From IMG/VR virus record IMGVR_UViG_3300040770_000132: a stretch of 64,000 bases of DNA. One strand, 5' to 3'. Position numbers and translations under genes: made by a program. Source of the DNA: a virus. This document shows positions 36,734 through 46,377 of this stretch, piece after piece. Every line of letters starts with the position of its first letter. The stretch's first letter is position 1. The notes under the pieces are model-generated. The model was not told the DNA's origin. It was given only the letters and a program-made list of their open reading frames with translations, and searched no databases.

Positions 36734-39145
36734 TTATTTGTTTCTTTTAGTATTTAAGTAACCGCCATATTTAAAAGTTTGAACTTTTCCATTTTCATCA
36801 GTGTACTTATCACCTTTCTTTAAAGTTGGAAGTGTTGATTCAGTAACAGATTTGAGTTTACTTATTTGCTCTGGCGTAACTTTAGTTCCATCAGGTTTGT
36901 ATAAATACTTACCTTTGCGAGTATAACCTGTTAAAGCTGATGCTAACTGAGAATCAGCAATCTCTTTACCTATTGCTCCTGCAGAATTACCTAAACTTGC
37001 AATCATTTTAGATTTAGCACTTCTATAAGCCGAATCATCCATTCTATTTTCATCGATAGTTTTATTAGCTGTAGCGGCATTAGATTGATCTATATTAGCA
37101 TCAAACTGTTGCTTTTGAGCATCTTGAGCTCTATTTTGAGCAGATGAATTAGCGTATACATCGCTTAAAGCTTTAGTTCGGTTAAGACTTGCACCTAAAA
37201 TAGAATTACGAATAGCACCTTGAGATGCTCCAGATTGACTAATTGCAGATATAGCATTATTACTTTCAGCATCCACTATATTTCTACCTTGAGCTTCATC
37301 TATGTATAATGGTTTATATTTATTATTTAAAGTTTTATATTGAACACCTGTAGGTTTCTTTAAGTTTTTCATTTGAAGTAAGTTAGCAGCTATAGGAGCA
37401 TATCTTAAAGCTTCACCTGCATTATCACCAACAAACTTTGATACATCTTTACCTATTAATTTAGCCTTATCTAGATATGGATTGCTGTCATAAGGATTTT
37501 GTATATCTAATGGTATTGATGTTGGTAACATAGCTTCGTTTTTAGATGTAACTAATCCAGTAGGTGTTAGTTCAGAAACTGGTTTTAAATTACCACCTTT
37601 TTTAAATTTAGTTTGACCTTTCATATAATTAGCCCATTCAGGAGTTCTTTGAACAGTCATCATTTCAGATTGTTTAACAAACTCCCTATCCTTATTTACA
37701 TCGAATCCAGGATCGGTTACATTTTTACTATACAAATAAAAACCACTTCCCATCTTATCATTCATTACACCGGGTTGATACCTTACAATAGGTTTTGTAT
37801 TAAATCTCATATCATCGCTAATAGGAGTAGTACTTATTCCATTTAAAGATTGTGGATTAATAGTTGGTTTAACTGGCGGGTCAATTAGTCCACCATTAGC
37901 ATATTTGTATATATTTAAATTACCACCATTAGCGGCATAATTTTCAAAACGCATACGGTTGTTATTAGCTTGGAATCTTTCATTATTTAAAACTTCAGCT
38001 TTTCTAGCTTTACCTAAACCAGCTACACCAGCTATTAAACCTACACCACCACCGATAGCTGCTCCTACAGGACCAAACGCTGCACCGGCTGCTGCACCTT
38101 TAACTGCAGAACCTCCAATCATGCTTACTCCACCAACTCTATTAGAAGCATAAGCTCCACTAGTATCTTGAGCAGCTTTTCCAAATGCAGTTTGACCTAA
38201 TGCCAAAGCTGTGCCTAAACCATTTGTTACACCAGCTGTAATTTGTGAACCAGTCATACCGTCTTCTCCAGGAACATCGGATGCGTCTACTTTACCATCT
38301 AAATTAGCATCACCTTGTATGTATCCGCCATCATTATATTTTTTTTGCATACCACCGTAAACAGCCATTGGTTGAGATTCTTCAGGTTGAACAAATTCTT
38401 CCATACCTTCAGGAATTTGACCTTGCATCATATCTTCTGGAGCTTGCTCAGAATTAGCTTGCATAGCTTGCTTAGTTTGATCTTGTTCAGCTTTAACAGA
38501 CTCTTGAGCATTAGCTAATCTATCTAGTAAAGCTTTCTTAGTTTCAGAAGCATATTTATCATTTCTATCTTTAAATTTGTCCTCAATAGCTTTAGAAGCA
38601 GCTGATACAGATTTATTTGCAGCATAACCTGGTAAATTAAATTGTTTAACTCTACTAGAGTCTAATGTAATTCTATCTGAATAAACAAAATTACCAGATT
38701 TAGTTTCCCCTTGTTCAACTGTATTCATATTACCTTGAGCGTCTTGACCTTGAGGTATACCACCTAATGGATTTTGTTCATGAGTACCACCTTCGTTAAA
38801 TCTTGTTAAATTTCCTCCATCTGCATATTGAGTTTGAGGTTTAACATTATATTTTTTTTCCATAAAGTCAACACCTTCAGTTATTATATTATCAGTTTGT
38901 GCTAAACCAAGCATTTTAGCTTGATGTTTCATAGTATTAAATGCACCTTTTGCTAAATTAACACTGTATTTAGGAATTCCCATATATAGGTTTCCTGGCA
39001 GATTCCATAATGCGGAATCAGTTACATCTTTCATATTTTTTTGAACATATTCTTGAGCTAGTTCTTTTCTTGCTTGTAGTAAAGACTTTTGATAAGCTTC
39101 TCTGTTTAGTTGTTCACCACTTTTCTTTTTAGTTGGATCTGGCAT
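36734..39145 (-). CDS. Internal virion / ejection protein candidate with a Gly-rich membrane segment
   Basis: ORF of 803 aa. GGVSMIGGSAVKGAAAGAAFGPVGAAIGGGVGLIAGVAGLG is encoded at about 38012-38143. It also has repeated aromatic-x-x-GG motifs and a DANLDGKVDASD loop. Confidence 0.5.
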   Translation of the reverse strand: MPDPTKKKSGEQLNREAYQKSLLQARKELAQEYVQKNMKDVTDSALWNLPGNLYMGIPKYSVNLAKGAFNTMKHQAKMLGLAQTDNIITEGVDFMEKKYNVKPQTQYADGGNLTRFNEGGTHEQNPLGGIPQGQDAQGNMNTVEQGETKSGNFVYSDRITLDSSRVKQFNLPGYAANKSVSAASKAIEDKFKDRNDKYASETKKALLDRLANAQESVKAEQDQTKQAMQANSEQAPEDMMQGQIPEGMEEFVQPEESQPMAVYGGMQKKYNDGGYIQGDANLDGKVDASDVPGEDGMTGSQITAGVTNGLGTALALGQTAFGKAAQDTSGAYASNRVGGVSMIGGSAVKGAAAGAAFGPVGAAIGGGVGLIAGVAGLGKARKAEVLNNERFQANNNRMRFENYAANGGNLNIYKYANGGLIDPPVKPTINPQSLNGISTTPISDDMRFNTKPIVRYQPGVMNDKMGSGFYLYSKNVTDPGFDVNKDREFVKQSEMMTVQRTPEWANYMKGQTKFKKGGNLKPVSELTPTGLVTSKNEAMLPTSIPLDIQNPYDSNPYLDKAKLIGKDVSKFVGDNAGEALRYAPIAANLLQMKNLKKPTGVQYKTLNNKYKPLYIDEAQGRNIVDAESNNAISAISQSGASQGAIRNSILGASLNRTKALSDVYANSSAQNRAQDAQKQQFDANIDQSNAATANKTIDENRMDDSAYRSAKSKMIASLGNSAGAIGKEIADSQLASALTGYTRKGKYLYKPDGTKVTPEQISKLKSVTESTLPTLKKGDKYTDENGKVQTFKYGGYLNTKRNK

Positions 39146-39161
39146 AGTATAATTTATTTAT

Positions 39162-39194
39162 AAAAAAAGGGATAGAAACTTAATTCTACCCCTT
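39162..39194 (-). terminator. Intrinsic terminator after the 1362-aa gene
   Basis: The minus strand reads GGGGTAGAA-TTAAGT-TTCTATCCC followed by T7. The stem is 9 bp including one G-U pair. Confidence 0.55.
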
Positions 39195-39220
39195 ATATTT
39201 GGTTGTTAAATTTTATATTA

Positions 39221-39252
39221 CAAATATACGGAATATTTATTATATATCCAAA
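39221..39252 (-). promoter_or_regulatory. Bacteroidota-type promoter-like motif (TTTG-N20-TATATTTG)
   Basis: On the minus strand, TTTG (39252-39249) and TATATTTG (39228-39221) are separated by 20 nt. This matches the -33 TTTG / -7 TAnnTTTG consensus known for Bacteroides-type sigma factors. Confidence 0.35.
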
Positions 39253-39283
39253 GTATTATCCATATATTTTATAATATTTATTA

Positions 39284-42200
39284 TTATGAAGTATAATACA
39301 CATCAATATCATGCAATATTAACTTCTCATTATTAGTTGGTAAATACTCTAGTTTTAACTTCATCCACGACGATCTAATTCTAGTTCTACCTTGTCTAGG
39401 TATTAAAGCGTTCCAAGTTCTAAATTTACGTCTTATATTATTATTACGACCAACTGTCAATGAGATTTTACCAGAGTTTTGATGATCGTTATAAGCTGTA
39501 ATACTATTCAAAGTTAATAGTGATTGATCTACACCGTTTATATATACTTCAGAGTTGTAACTTATGTTATCAAATATACACTCTGAATTAGGCTCAGGAT
39601 TAACATTTAAAGTTATAGTTGAAGGATACTTAACACCATAAAATGTATTGTAATCACCTTTCTCTTGACGATAGATAGATTTATTTAATGGGTTAGTTGT
39701 AAATATATGATCACCTTTACTAATATATATACTTGGTAAATAGTCATGATATGATATAAACTGACCTCTAGTTTCATTAAAAGATAATGTAAAAGGTGTT
39801 TTACCAGTTTGATTAAATGTCATAAACATATCATTGTTATTATAATCATAACCTGATGATACTCCAGTTTTTATTAACGGATTATCTATTTTAAGAGATT
39901 CTGAGGATGTATTATTTATAAAGAAAGTATGAAGTCCTTTACTATTAGTTAAGTCTTCTAAACCACCTTTAAATGACATTAAAGAGCTATTTAAAGTATC
40001 GTAGTAATATAAACTCTGAGGAGTTGTAATTACACTCCACTTATTTAAAGTTCCTGAGTCAGTAGATATATACTTATATCTATCTAACACACTTCCACTT
40101 CCTAACTGTATAGCTAAACCATCTTGACCTTGAACTTGCACCCTAGGGTTAATAGATAAAAATGATAACGCTGTATCCTGAATAGCATACAACTCATCGT
40201 TAAAACTAACTAAGGAGTTAATTTCTCCATACTTACCATCTAAAGTCAATACTTCATTTACTTGCAAATCTGTCCAGCTATCAATAGTTTCACCTGCTGA
40301 TTTTAATTTACTAGATATTATGTTTGTATCAAAATTATTAAAAGTTTTAATATTATAATTCAAACCTCTTCTTTCTAATAAAGTTGGTTGTTGAGAATAA
40401 ACTCTGTTATATTGGTTGTATACTTCAAAACTTGGTTGAAATGTACTATCCCAAGATTGATTACTAGAATCATTTCTATTTTTAATATCAAGAGTTGTTT
40501 CAAGCTTTACATTAACAATTTCTGTAATTTGAGCTTCAGATGTGTCAGTTATATTTATTTCAGTTTTTACTAATTTAGTAAATTTAAAATTATCAACGTA
40601 TGTATCACCTGGATTAAAACAATTGTAAGTTGGAGTTTGTATATCTACAACATTACCAAATTCCAAGTAAGAACTTCTTTTTTTAGATTCATATGAATTA
40701 CCACCGTATATATTACCAGTATAGATTACATTATTTGGAATTGTAAACTCAGCAATCATACCGTGATAATCACTACTGTTATTACCAGCTCCAGAATATA
40801 AAATTCCTCCGGCATCAGTAAATAAATCTTCAAAATAAGTAGTATTACCAACAGCGCCTACAGTTTCAGAAGCTCTATTACCTTTTAAAGCAAATATTGA
40901 ATTCCTGCATCCCCAAGAAAGAACTGTTGTTAATCTTTCAGCATCATCACCTTGATCACCACCATCTGTACCTAAAGGTTGCAAAGAATTTACTATTCTA
41001 AATGAAGCGTCATTATTGTAAGTAGTAGGACCTTCACCTTTATCAAGTATAATTGGTTTTTTATAAACATCATATACGCGTCTGGTGTTCAATATATCAC
41101 CAGTATAAGATCTATAAAACTGAGTAAGACTAGAAGTATTAGTGTCATTAGTATGAGATATTAAACCCATAAACTGTATACCTGTAGGATCATATTCTGA
41201 AACTTCAGTTAAGTTACCAGCAGCTTTTACATCATATTTACTAATTGCAGTATTAATTTTTAAAGTCTCTTTAGTAAATCCAGAAGTTAATATTTTTTCA
41301 CGAAGCCAAACTCTATTTTCATCATTTTTAATTCTACCAACAACTGTTAGTTGAGTAGCATTTATATTGTTAACCTCATTGAATAATATTTCAGGAGAAA
41401 ACATTTGCATAAGCTTTGTATACTGAACTGTTGTAAAGAATAATGGTCCAGCATTATTAGCTTGTATTTCTCTAGCAGGAGCTCCACCAGAATTAGTTGA
41501 GTTAGGATGAGTTGGTCGCCAAGAACTTACTTTAGAATAGTTTTTAGTTCTACGCATAGGTGCTAAATAAGCGTCAAACCTTCTCATTAATGATGGAATT
41601 TTTACACCAGTTTCACCTCTAGTTACAAGAGATGCATTACCATCTTCTTCATTAGGATCACTACCTGTACTAATTGACATCATGCCATTTAACAAACCTT
41701 GACAAAGTATAGTCCTATCTGTAGTATCCCTTTCGCTTCTTAGCAGTCTATAACCTACTGGTTTTAAACTATCATCGTATGTTCCAGATTCATCTAAGAA
41801 GTTTGAGTTATTGTTAAGCCATGTATAAAATGCGGGTTTAAAGTCTATCTTAAAACCGGAATAATATCCATTTAAGTTTGAAAGATTACCGTTAGTTTTT
41901 ACTTTAAAATCATTTATCCATTTTGGACTAGTGTTTTGACCGTATTTATTGTAAAATTGCAAAGCAGTTCTATAAACTTCATTATCTTTGAAAAATTGTT
42001 TTTTAGAATCTTCAATTGTAAATCCGTTTACACCAATTTGATTTCTAGTCAGTTCATATTTTATAAACTTACCTTCACCACCAATAGTTGTACCATTACT
42101 TTGAAAGCAATATGTATCAAAATTAATATTAGAAGATGCATGTGTAGAAACTGGTAAAGTTAAAAAAGAACTTGATATAGTTACTTCATCTGTACCTACT

Positions 42201-43372
42201 AATAAACCTGATATGTTTTCAGTTATATTGTTATAAACTTTAGCTAAACCTGATGAGTCAAAACTGAATGATCTAAAATCAATTGTAGCAGGTGTTTTAA
42301 CATCTATATCAAAGTTTTTTTCATTATAATTTGCAAAAAACATTCTGTTAAACTTTGTACTTATATGCTTTGGTATGATTATGTCAGATCCTAGAAACGT
42401 AAATTCTTCTAAAGATATTGATTGAATGATATTACCATCATCTGAGTACGTAAACTCAGTTAATCCAACAATGTTTCTATCAGCAATTAAGCTTACAGCT
42501 GGTATTTCATTATAGCTGGTATACTTAATAGCATATAATCTTATATTAGTATAAGTATCATCTAATGATGGTATATTTACTACAGGTATTGAACTTACAA
42601 CCTCGTTTACAGCACCTCCGCCAGAACCAACACCTTTATTTAAACTAATTAGTTCACTTAAAGGGCTTATTTTTGTTTGAGAACTATTTATCTTATATAA
42701 ATTATAAGCATATTGTATCATTCCTGCAGTATGAGAACCACCTGAATTAATGTCTATTATTTTAGGTTGAGATAACTCAAAACTCCCAGTAGAATTTATA
42801 ATATTAGAATCTATATCTATAAGTTCCTCAGCGTCTTGATTAGCTATAGAATGATTTATATTTAAAAACCTCATTTGATTTAAACCGTCTACCCAATATA
42901 CTTTATCAATAAGTTTGTTTTCAAAGTTATTAACAGCTTGTATAGGTTTTAAAATGTTAAAACCCATATTTCTTAAGTACAATAATGTTAAATCATTTGC
43001 TGCAAAGTTGTACTTCCATACACAATCAAATCCTAAACTATCAGTTGTAAACAATATTGCACCGTCTCTATACAACGTATGACCAATTATAATTTGATCA
43101 AGACTTTGTGACGGTCCAATTAATTCAGAAGTGTTATAAGATAAAGATTTTATACCATAAGAAATTGTTTTAGCAGAATAGTTAATAATTGGTACAGGAA
43201 TTGTTAAAGTTAATAAATTACCTTTTTCATTAGTTACTGCACCTGTACTTTGAGAATCAGTGGCTGCTATTTTGATATTCTTACCTTCAAAATAAAATCC
43301 GTTACTAAACTTATTAGTAGTAACGTCTTGCATCATACCTCCGTATGAATGCTGAATATTCTTATTTGCCAT
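39284..43372 (-). CDS. Large tail structural protein (tail hub/muzzle-like), function unresolved
   Basis: ORF of 1362 aa, beta-rich and Asn/Ser/Thr-rich. It lies after the HU-like and small tail-proximal genes. Confidence 0.5.
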   Translation of the reverse strand: MANKNIQHSYGGMMQDVTTNKFSNGFYFEGKNIKIAATDSQSTGAVTNEKGNLLTLTIPVPIINYSAKTISYGIKSLSYNTSELIGPSQSLDQIIIGHTLYRDGAILFTTDSLGFDCVWKYNFAANDLTLLYLRNMGFNILKPIQAVNNFENKLIDKVYWVDGLNQMRFLNINHSIANQDAEELIDIDSNIINSTGSFELSQPKIIDINSGGSHTAGMIQYAYNLYKINSSQTKISPLSELISLNKGVGSGGGAVNEVVSSIPVVNIPSLDDTYTNIRLYAIKYTSYNEIPAVSLIADRNIVGLTEFTYSDDGNIIQSISLEEFTFLGSDIIIPKHISTKFNRMFFANYNEKNFDIDVKTPATIDFRSFSFDSSGLAKVYNNITENISGLLVGTDEVTISSSFLTLPVSTHASSNINFDTYCFQSNGTTIGGEGKFIKYELTRNQIGVNGFTIEDSKKQFFKDNEVYRTALQFYNKYGQNTSPKWINDFKVKTNGNLSNLNGYYSGFKIDFKPAFYTWLNNNSNFLDESGTYDDSLKPVGYRLLRSERDTTDRTILCQGLLNGMMSISTGSDPNEEDGNASLVTRGETGVKIPSLMRRFDAYLAPMRRTKNYSKVSSWRPTHPNSTNSGGAPAREIQANNAGPLFFTTVQYTKLMQMFSPEILFNEVNNINATQLTVVGRIKNDENRVWLREKILTSGFTKETLKINTAISKYDVKAAGNLTEVSEYDPTGIQFMGLISHTNDTNTSSLTQFYRSYTGDILNTRRVYDVYKKPIILDKGEGPTTYNNDASFRIVNSLQPLGTDGGDQGDDAERLTTVLSWGCRNSIFALKGNRASETVGAVGNTTYFEDLFTDAGGILYSGAGNNSSDYHGMIAEFTIPNNVIYTGNIYGGNSYESKKRSSYLEFGNVVDIQTPTYNCFNPGDTYVDNFKFTKLVKTEINITDTSEAQITEIVNVKLETTLDIKNRNDSSNQSWDSTFQPSFEVYNQYNRVYSQQPTLLERRGLNYNIKTFNNFDTNIISSKLKSAGETIDSWTDLQVNEVLTLDGKYGEINSLVSFNDELYAIQDTALSFLSINPRVQVQGQDGLAIQLGSGSVLDRYKYISTDSGTLNKWSVITTPQSLYYYDTLNSSLMSFKGGLEDLTNSKGLHTFFINNTSSESLKIDNPLIKTGVSSGYDYNNNDMFMTFNQTGKTPFTLSFNETRGQFISYHDYLPSIYISKGDHIFTTNPLNKSIYRQEKGDYNTFYGVKYPSTITLNVNPEPNSECIFDNISYNSEVYINGVDQSLLTLNSITAYNDHQNSGKISLTVGRNNNIRRKFRTWNALIPRQGRTRIRSSWMKLKLEYLPTNNEKLILHDIDVYYTS

Positions 43373-43374
43373 AA

Positions 43375-44088
43375 TTAGTTATATTTTTTTATAATCTCTT
43401 TTTCACCTAAGTTTTTAAATACATTAGCGTGACTATTTGTAACGATTATTAATCTGTTCAAACTATTCATAAGAGTTTCCATTTTATCCATTGTTGGCAT
43501 TTGTAAACTAGTAAATGCTGATGGTATATAAAAATATCTCTTTTGTTGAATATATTCAAAAGCTTTATCTGTAATCTTACCCATAAGCCACATTGGCTCT
43601 AAATATCTACTTAGTATATAATACTCCATACCAAGCATAACCTTTTGATTATCAGGTATCATAGGATATCCATCTTCATCAGTAGCTATACCTCTGTAAG
43701 ATACTTGAACATATCCAGTTGGTTGAGACGTAAATATAATACCTTTAGAGATGCTATAAGTATTTTCAGTAGAGTCACTATCACCAGCTTTATGGTATAC
43801 ATCTGTAGCAGATCTTAATGCTGAACCAGATGTAACTTTTAGATGTTTATCAACTTCTACACTGCGTACCCCCTGTAAATATAATATATCGCAAGGTAAT
43901 TCAGCTTTATGCATTGTAAGTGGTAAAGGATCTGAAACTTTATCTTCATAAGCTACAGGTGCTCCTAATAACTTTAAAAATTCCAACCCGTATTCTGAAG
44001 CTTCATCAGCTGTTAGTTCTGCAGCTAAAGGATTCCTAAGCACTGTCCAAAGTACCGATCCCATTGATTTGTATGATATTACATCCAT
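43375..44088 (-). CDS. Structural module protein (tail-proximal), unknown function
   Basis: ORF of 237 aa, 2 nt upstream of the 1362-aa gene. Confidence 0.4.
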   Translation of the reverse strand: MDVISYKSMGSVLWTVLRNPLAAELTADEASEYGLEFLKLLGAPVAYEDKVSDPLPLTMHKAELPCDILYLQGVRSVEVDKHLKVTSGSALRSATDVYHKAGDSDSTENTYSISKGIIFTSQPTGYVQVSYRGIATDEDGYPMIPDNQKVMLGMEYYILSRYLEPMWLMGKITDKAFEYIQQKRYFYIPSAFTSLQMPTMDKMETLMNSLNRLIIVTNSHANVFKNLGEKEIIKKYN

Positions 44089-44094
44089 AGTTTT

Positions 44095-44610
44095 TTAATA
44101 TAATAAGTGAGTGTCGTATTTTGGTTTATTTTCATCGTTAATACGTTCTCCAAGTTGTCTTGCAAAAGTTCTGTTAACTTTAAATGAAAATAAAGATTTA
44201 TTTTTAAAATACAGTTTATATTTTTTAAAATGTATTCTAAACACATATTTAGAAGTATGTGTATTTAAATATCTAACTAATAACTTTTTAAATTTAGCTT
44301 CAGCATCTTCAAACCACAACTTGTTAGTAGCAAGCCAATCTACAGGTGATGTATTATAAAGTTTACCATTTTTAATCTTAGGTACACGTTTATCCTTCTT
44401 AATACTTAGTGTAGATCCAAGGTAAGGTATTGAATACTCAATATTATCTTCTATTATTAAGTTTATAAGTTCTTTGTTAAACATACTTATTACAGACGTG
44501 TATTTTGAATAAGGTATATTCAGTTCATGGTTATCTGATTTAAAAAAATTATAATAGTCTCTAATACCGTAGTCAGCTTTTATCTTACCTTTAGTACGTG
44601 TTTTATTCAT
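44095..44610 (-). CDS. Possible HU/IHF-like (DNABII) DNA-binding protein
   Basis: ORF of 171 aa, strongly basic. YTSVISMFNKELINLIIEDNIEYSIPYLGSTLSIKKDKR follows the helix-helix-beta-arm pattern of HU/IHF. Confidence 0.4.
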   Translation of the reverse strand: MNKTRTKGKIKADYGIRDYYNFFKSDNHELNIPYSKYTSVISMFNKELINLIIEDNIEYSIPYLGSTLSIKKDKRVPKIKNGKLYNTSPVDWLATNKLWFEDAEAKFKKLLVRYLNTHTSKYVFRIHFKKYKLYFKNKSLFSFKVNRTFARQLGERINDENKPKYDTHLLY

Positions 44611-45274
44611 TGTTAGAGTTGTTAGTTGTATCTTCAGGTATTTTTAACTTACCTAATAGTTCATTTACAATTTCAGTTTTAATTAAATCTATTAGATGTG
44701 ATTGTAGCGGGTAATCTGTAGTTGCATCATCAAAGCATATTGTACCAGCAGGAGCCATATAAGACCTTAATTCTAAAGGGTCTTCAAATACTCCGGAAAT
44801 ACTAATTGATTCCATCATACCTACTGTATTTGACTCACTAAGTATGTAAATATACTTATCTGTATCTAAGAATGCAAATATAGATCTCTTATAAGGAGAG
44901 TGCTTGCTATAAATAGCTTTTTCTTTAGATACAAAGTTAAAAGGTAACGCTATTCTATTTGTAGGTTTAACTACAGTTATTGCAACTTTAGTATGTAACT
45001 CTAATGGATTTGGAATAGGTCTTTTAGTTCTAAGTATTTTATCACACTCAATATCTAAACCACATTGATTAATAGACACATACTCTAGCTCTAAACAAAA
45101 AGTTTGAGTTACAGATATGTCTGTAGTCTTTCTAGTATCATTTAGCTCTTGTCTAAGATACTTAGCTCTTTTTATACCATATAAGTATGTTATATATCTA
45201 TCAGATATATTACTGTCATCAGTATAAGCTTTTACACCTTCTCTGACGTCATAGATTATTTTTTGTAAATTCAT
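44603..45274 (-). CDS. Structural module protein, unknown function
   Basis: ORF of 223 aa that overlaps the downstream gene by 8 nt. Confidence 0.4.
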   Translation of the reverse strand: MNLQKIIYDVREGVKAYTDDSNISDRYITYLYGIKRAKYLRQELNDTRKTTDISVTQTFCLELEYVSINQCGLDIECDKILRTKRPIPNPLELHTKVAITVVKPTNRIALPFNFVSKEKAIYSKHSPYKRSIFAFLDTDKYIYILSESNTVGMMESISISGVFEDPLELRSYMAPAGTICFDDATTDYPLQSHLIDLIKTEIVNELLGKLKIPEDTTNNSNNE

Positions 45275-45291
45275 ATGTGTTTAAATGAAAA

Positions 45292-45327
45292 AAGGCTCTC
45301 ACTAATAGTTATATCGGTGAGAGCCTT
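45292..45327 (-). terminator. Intrinsic terminator after the late-arm metallophosphoesterase gene
   Basis: The minus strand reads AAGGCTCTCAC-N14-GTGAGAGCCTT followed by TTTTTC. Confidence 0.6.
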
Positions 45328-45347
45328 GGTTATAAGTTTTAGTTTTT

Positions 45348-46304
45348 TTAAAGTTCCATCATTACGTTAATAGGTGTAATACCTTGTAGTATAACACCGC
45401 ATGCGATTGCAGGTTTAGGTCCTTCTTTACCATATGCCATAGCGTATGATTTAGCGTTTACACCACATCCAAGTTGCATCCCAAATATTTTAAATTTGCT
45501 ACCTACAATCCACTCAGTATAAGCTTGAGAGTGTAAATGGCCTTGCACAATAGACTGTAAGTCTCTACGAGCTCTAGAGCGAGCTGTACCACCTTCACCG
45601 TGTATGTATAATACATTATCTATTTCAATTGATTCAATGAATTTCCAATTAGGTGTACCTAATACATCTGCATAATCTTTAATCCATAACTTTGATAGTC
45701 CGCTTGAATAAGCTTTTCTCATAATTAAACGATCGTGATTACCTATAATTACACTAGCTTTTGGAAAAGCCTCGTACCAAAGTTTAACTTGACTAATAGC
45801 TAATCTAAGCTCTTGTCCTGCACTATGACCATCAGGGTCAGTCTCGTGGTAGCTTGATGCATGGTTATCAATGATATCACCAATAAATACTACTTCATTA
45901 CATTTGTACTTATTATAAGTTTCAACACAATGTTCTAGATATCCATCTAATCCAAATGGTAAATGTAAATCACCTATTGCTAATACATTTTTACCAGTCT
46001 TAGACTTCCTTACTTCTAAAGTAGGTTGTTTAACTTTATCTTTAAATTTAAAAGCTTCTATAAACACATTTCTATTACTTTTAACATTTAAATTATCAAT
46101 TTCTTTTCTGTAATCTTTAGCTTGATAAGAAGTTGGTAAATTAGAAATTTTGTTTTCAAATCTAATTTCTCTTAAAGCAGCTTCACAATTGTCAATTGAA
46201 CTAAGGTTTAAAGCTTTAGCTAAAGCATATTTTCCAAACTTTTGGTAACCTGGTTTGCTAATCAAAAATTCTTTTATTGATTCTTTACTTTTAATATGGC
46301 TCAT
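45348..46304 (-). CDS. Calcineurin-like metallophosphoesterase with an extra ~100-aa N-terminal region
   Basis: Motifs LAIGDLHLPF, FIGDIIDNHA, IIGNHDR, IHGEGG and QGHLH occur in the canonical order. Confidence 0.75.
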   Translation of the reverse strand: MSHIKSKESIKEFLISKPGYQKFGKYALAKALNLSSIDNCEAALREIRFENKISNLPTSYQAKDYRKEIDNLNVKSNRNVFIEAFKFKDKVKQPTLEVRKSKTGKNVLAIGDLHLPFGLDGYLEHCVETYNKYKCNEVVFIGDIIDNHASSYHETDPDGHSAGQELRLAISQVKLWYEAFPKASVIIGNHDRLIMRKAYSSGLSKLWIKDYADVLGTPNWKFIESIEIDNVLYIHGEGGTARSRARRDLQSIVQGHLHSQAYTEWIVGSKFKIFGMQLGCGVNAKSYAMAYGKEGPKPAIACGVILQGITPINVMMEL

Positions 46305-46323
46305 ATATATAATTTAATTTTAG

Positions 46324-46331
46324 CAAAGATA
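46324..46331 (-). promoter_or_regulatory. TAnnTTTG (-7-like) motif upstream of the metallophosphoesterase gene
   Basis: The minus strand reads TATCTTTG, 19 nt before ATG 46304. I saw no clear -33 TTTG. Confidence 0.3.
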
Positions 46332-46377
46332 AGCATTTTTAAGTTAATAACCTAATTTTTAGGCAATTATTTTATAA

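Noticed and set aside
39194-39201. A plus-strand TATATTTG in the 39.2-kb gap as an antisense promoter.
   Set aside because: No plus-strand gene lies downstream, and it would transcribe antisense into the 1362-aa gene. It is most likely a chance match in AT-rich sequence that overlaps the terminator flank.
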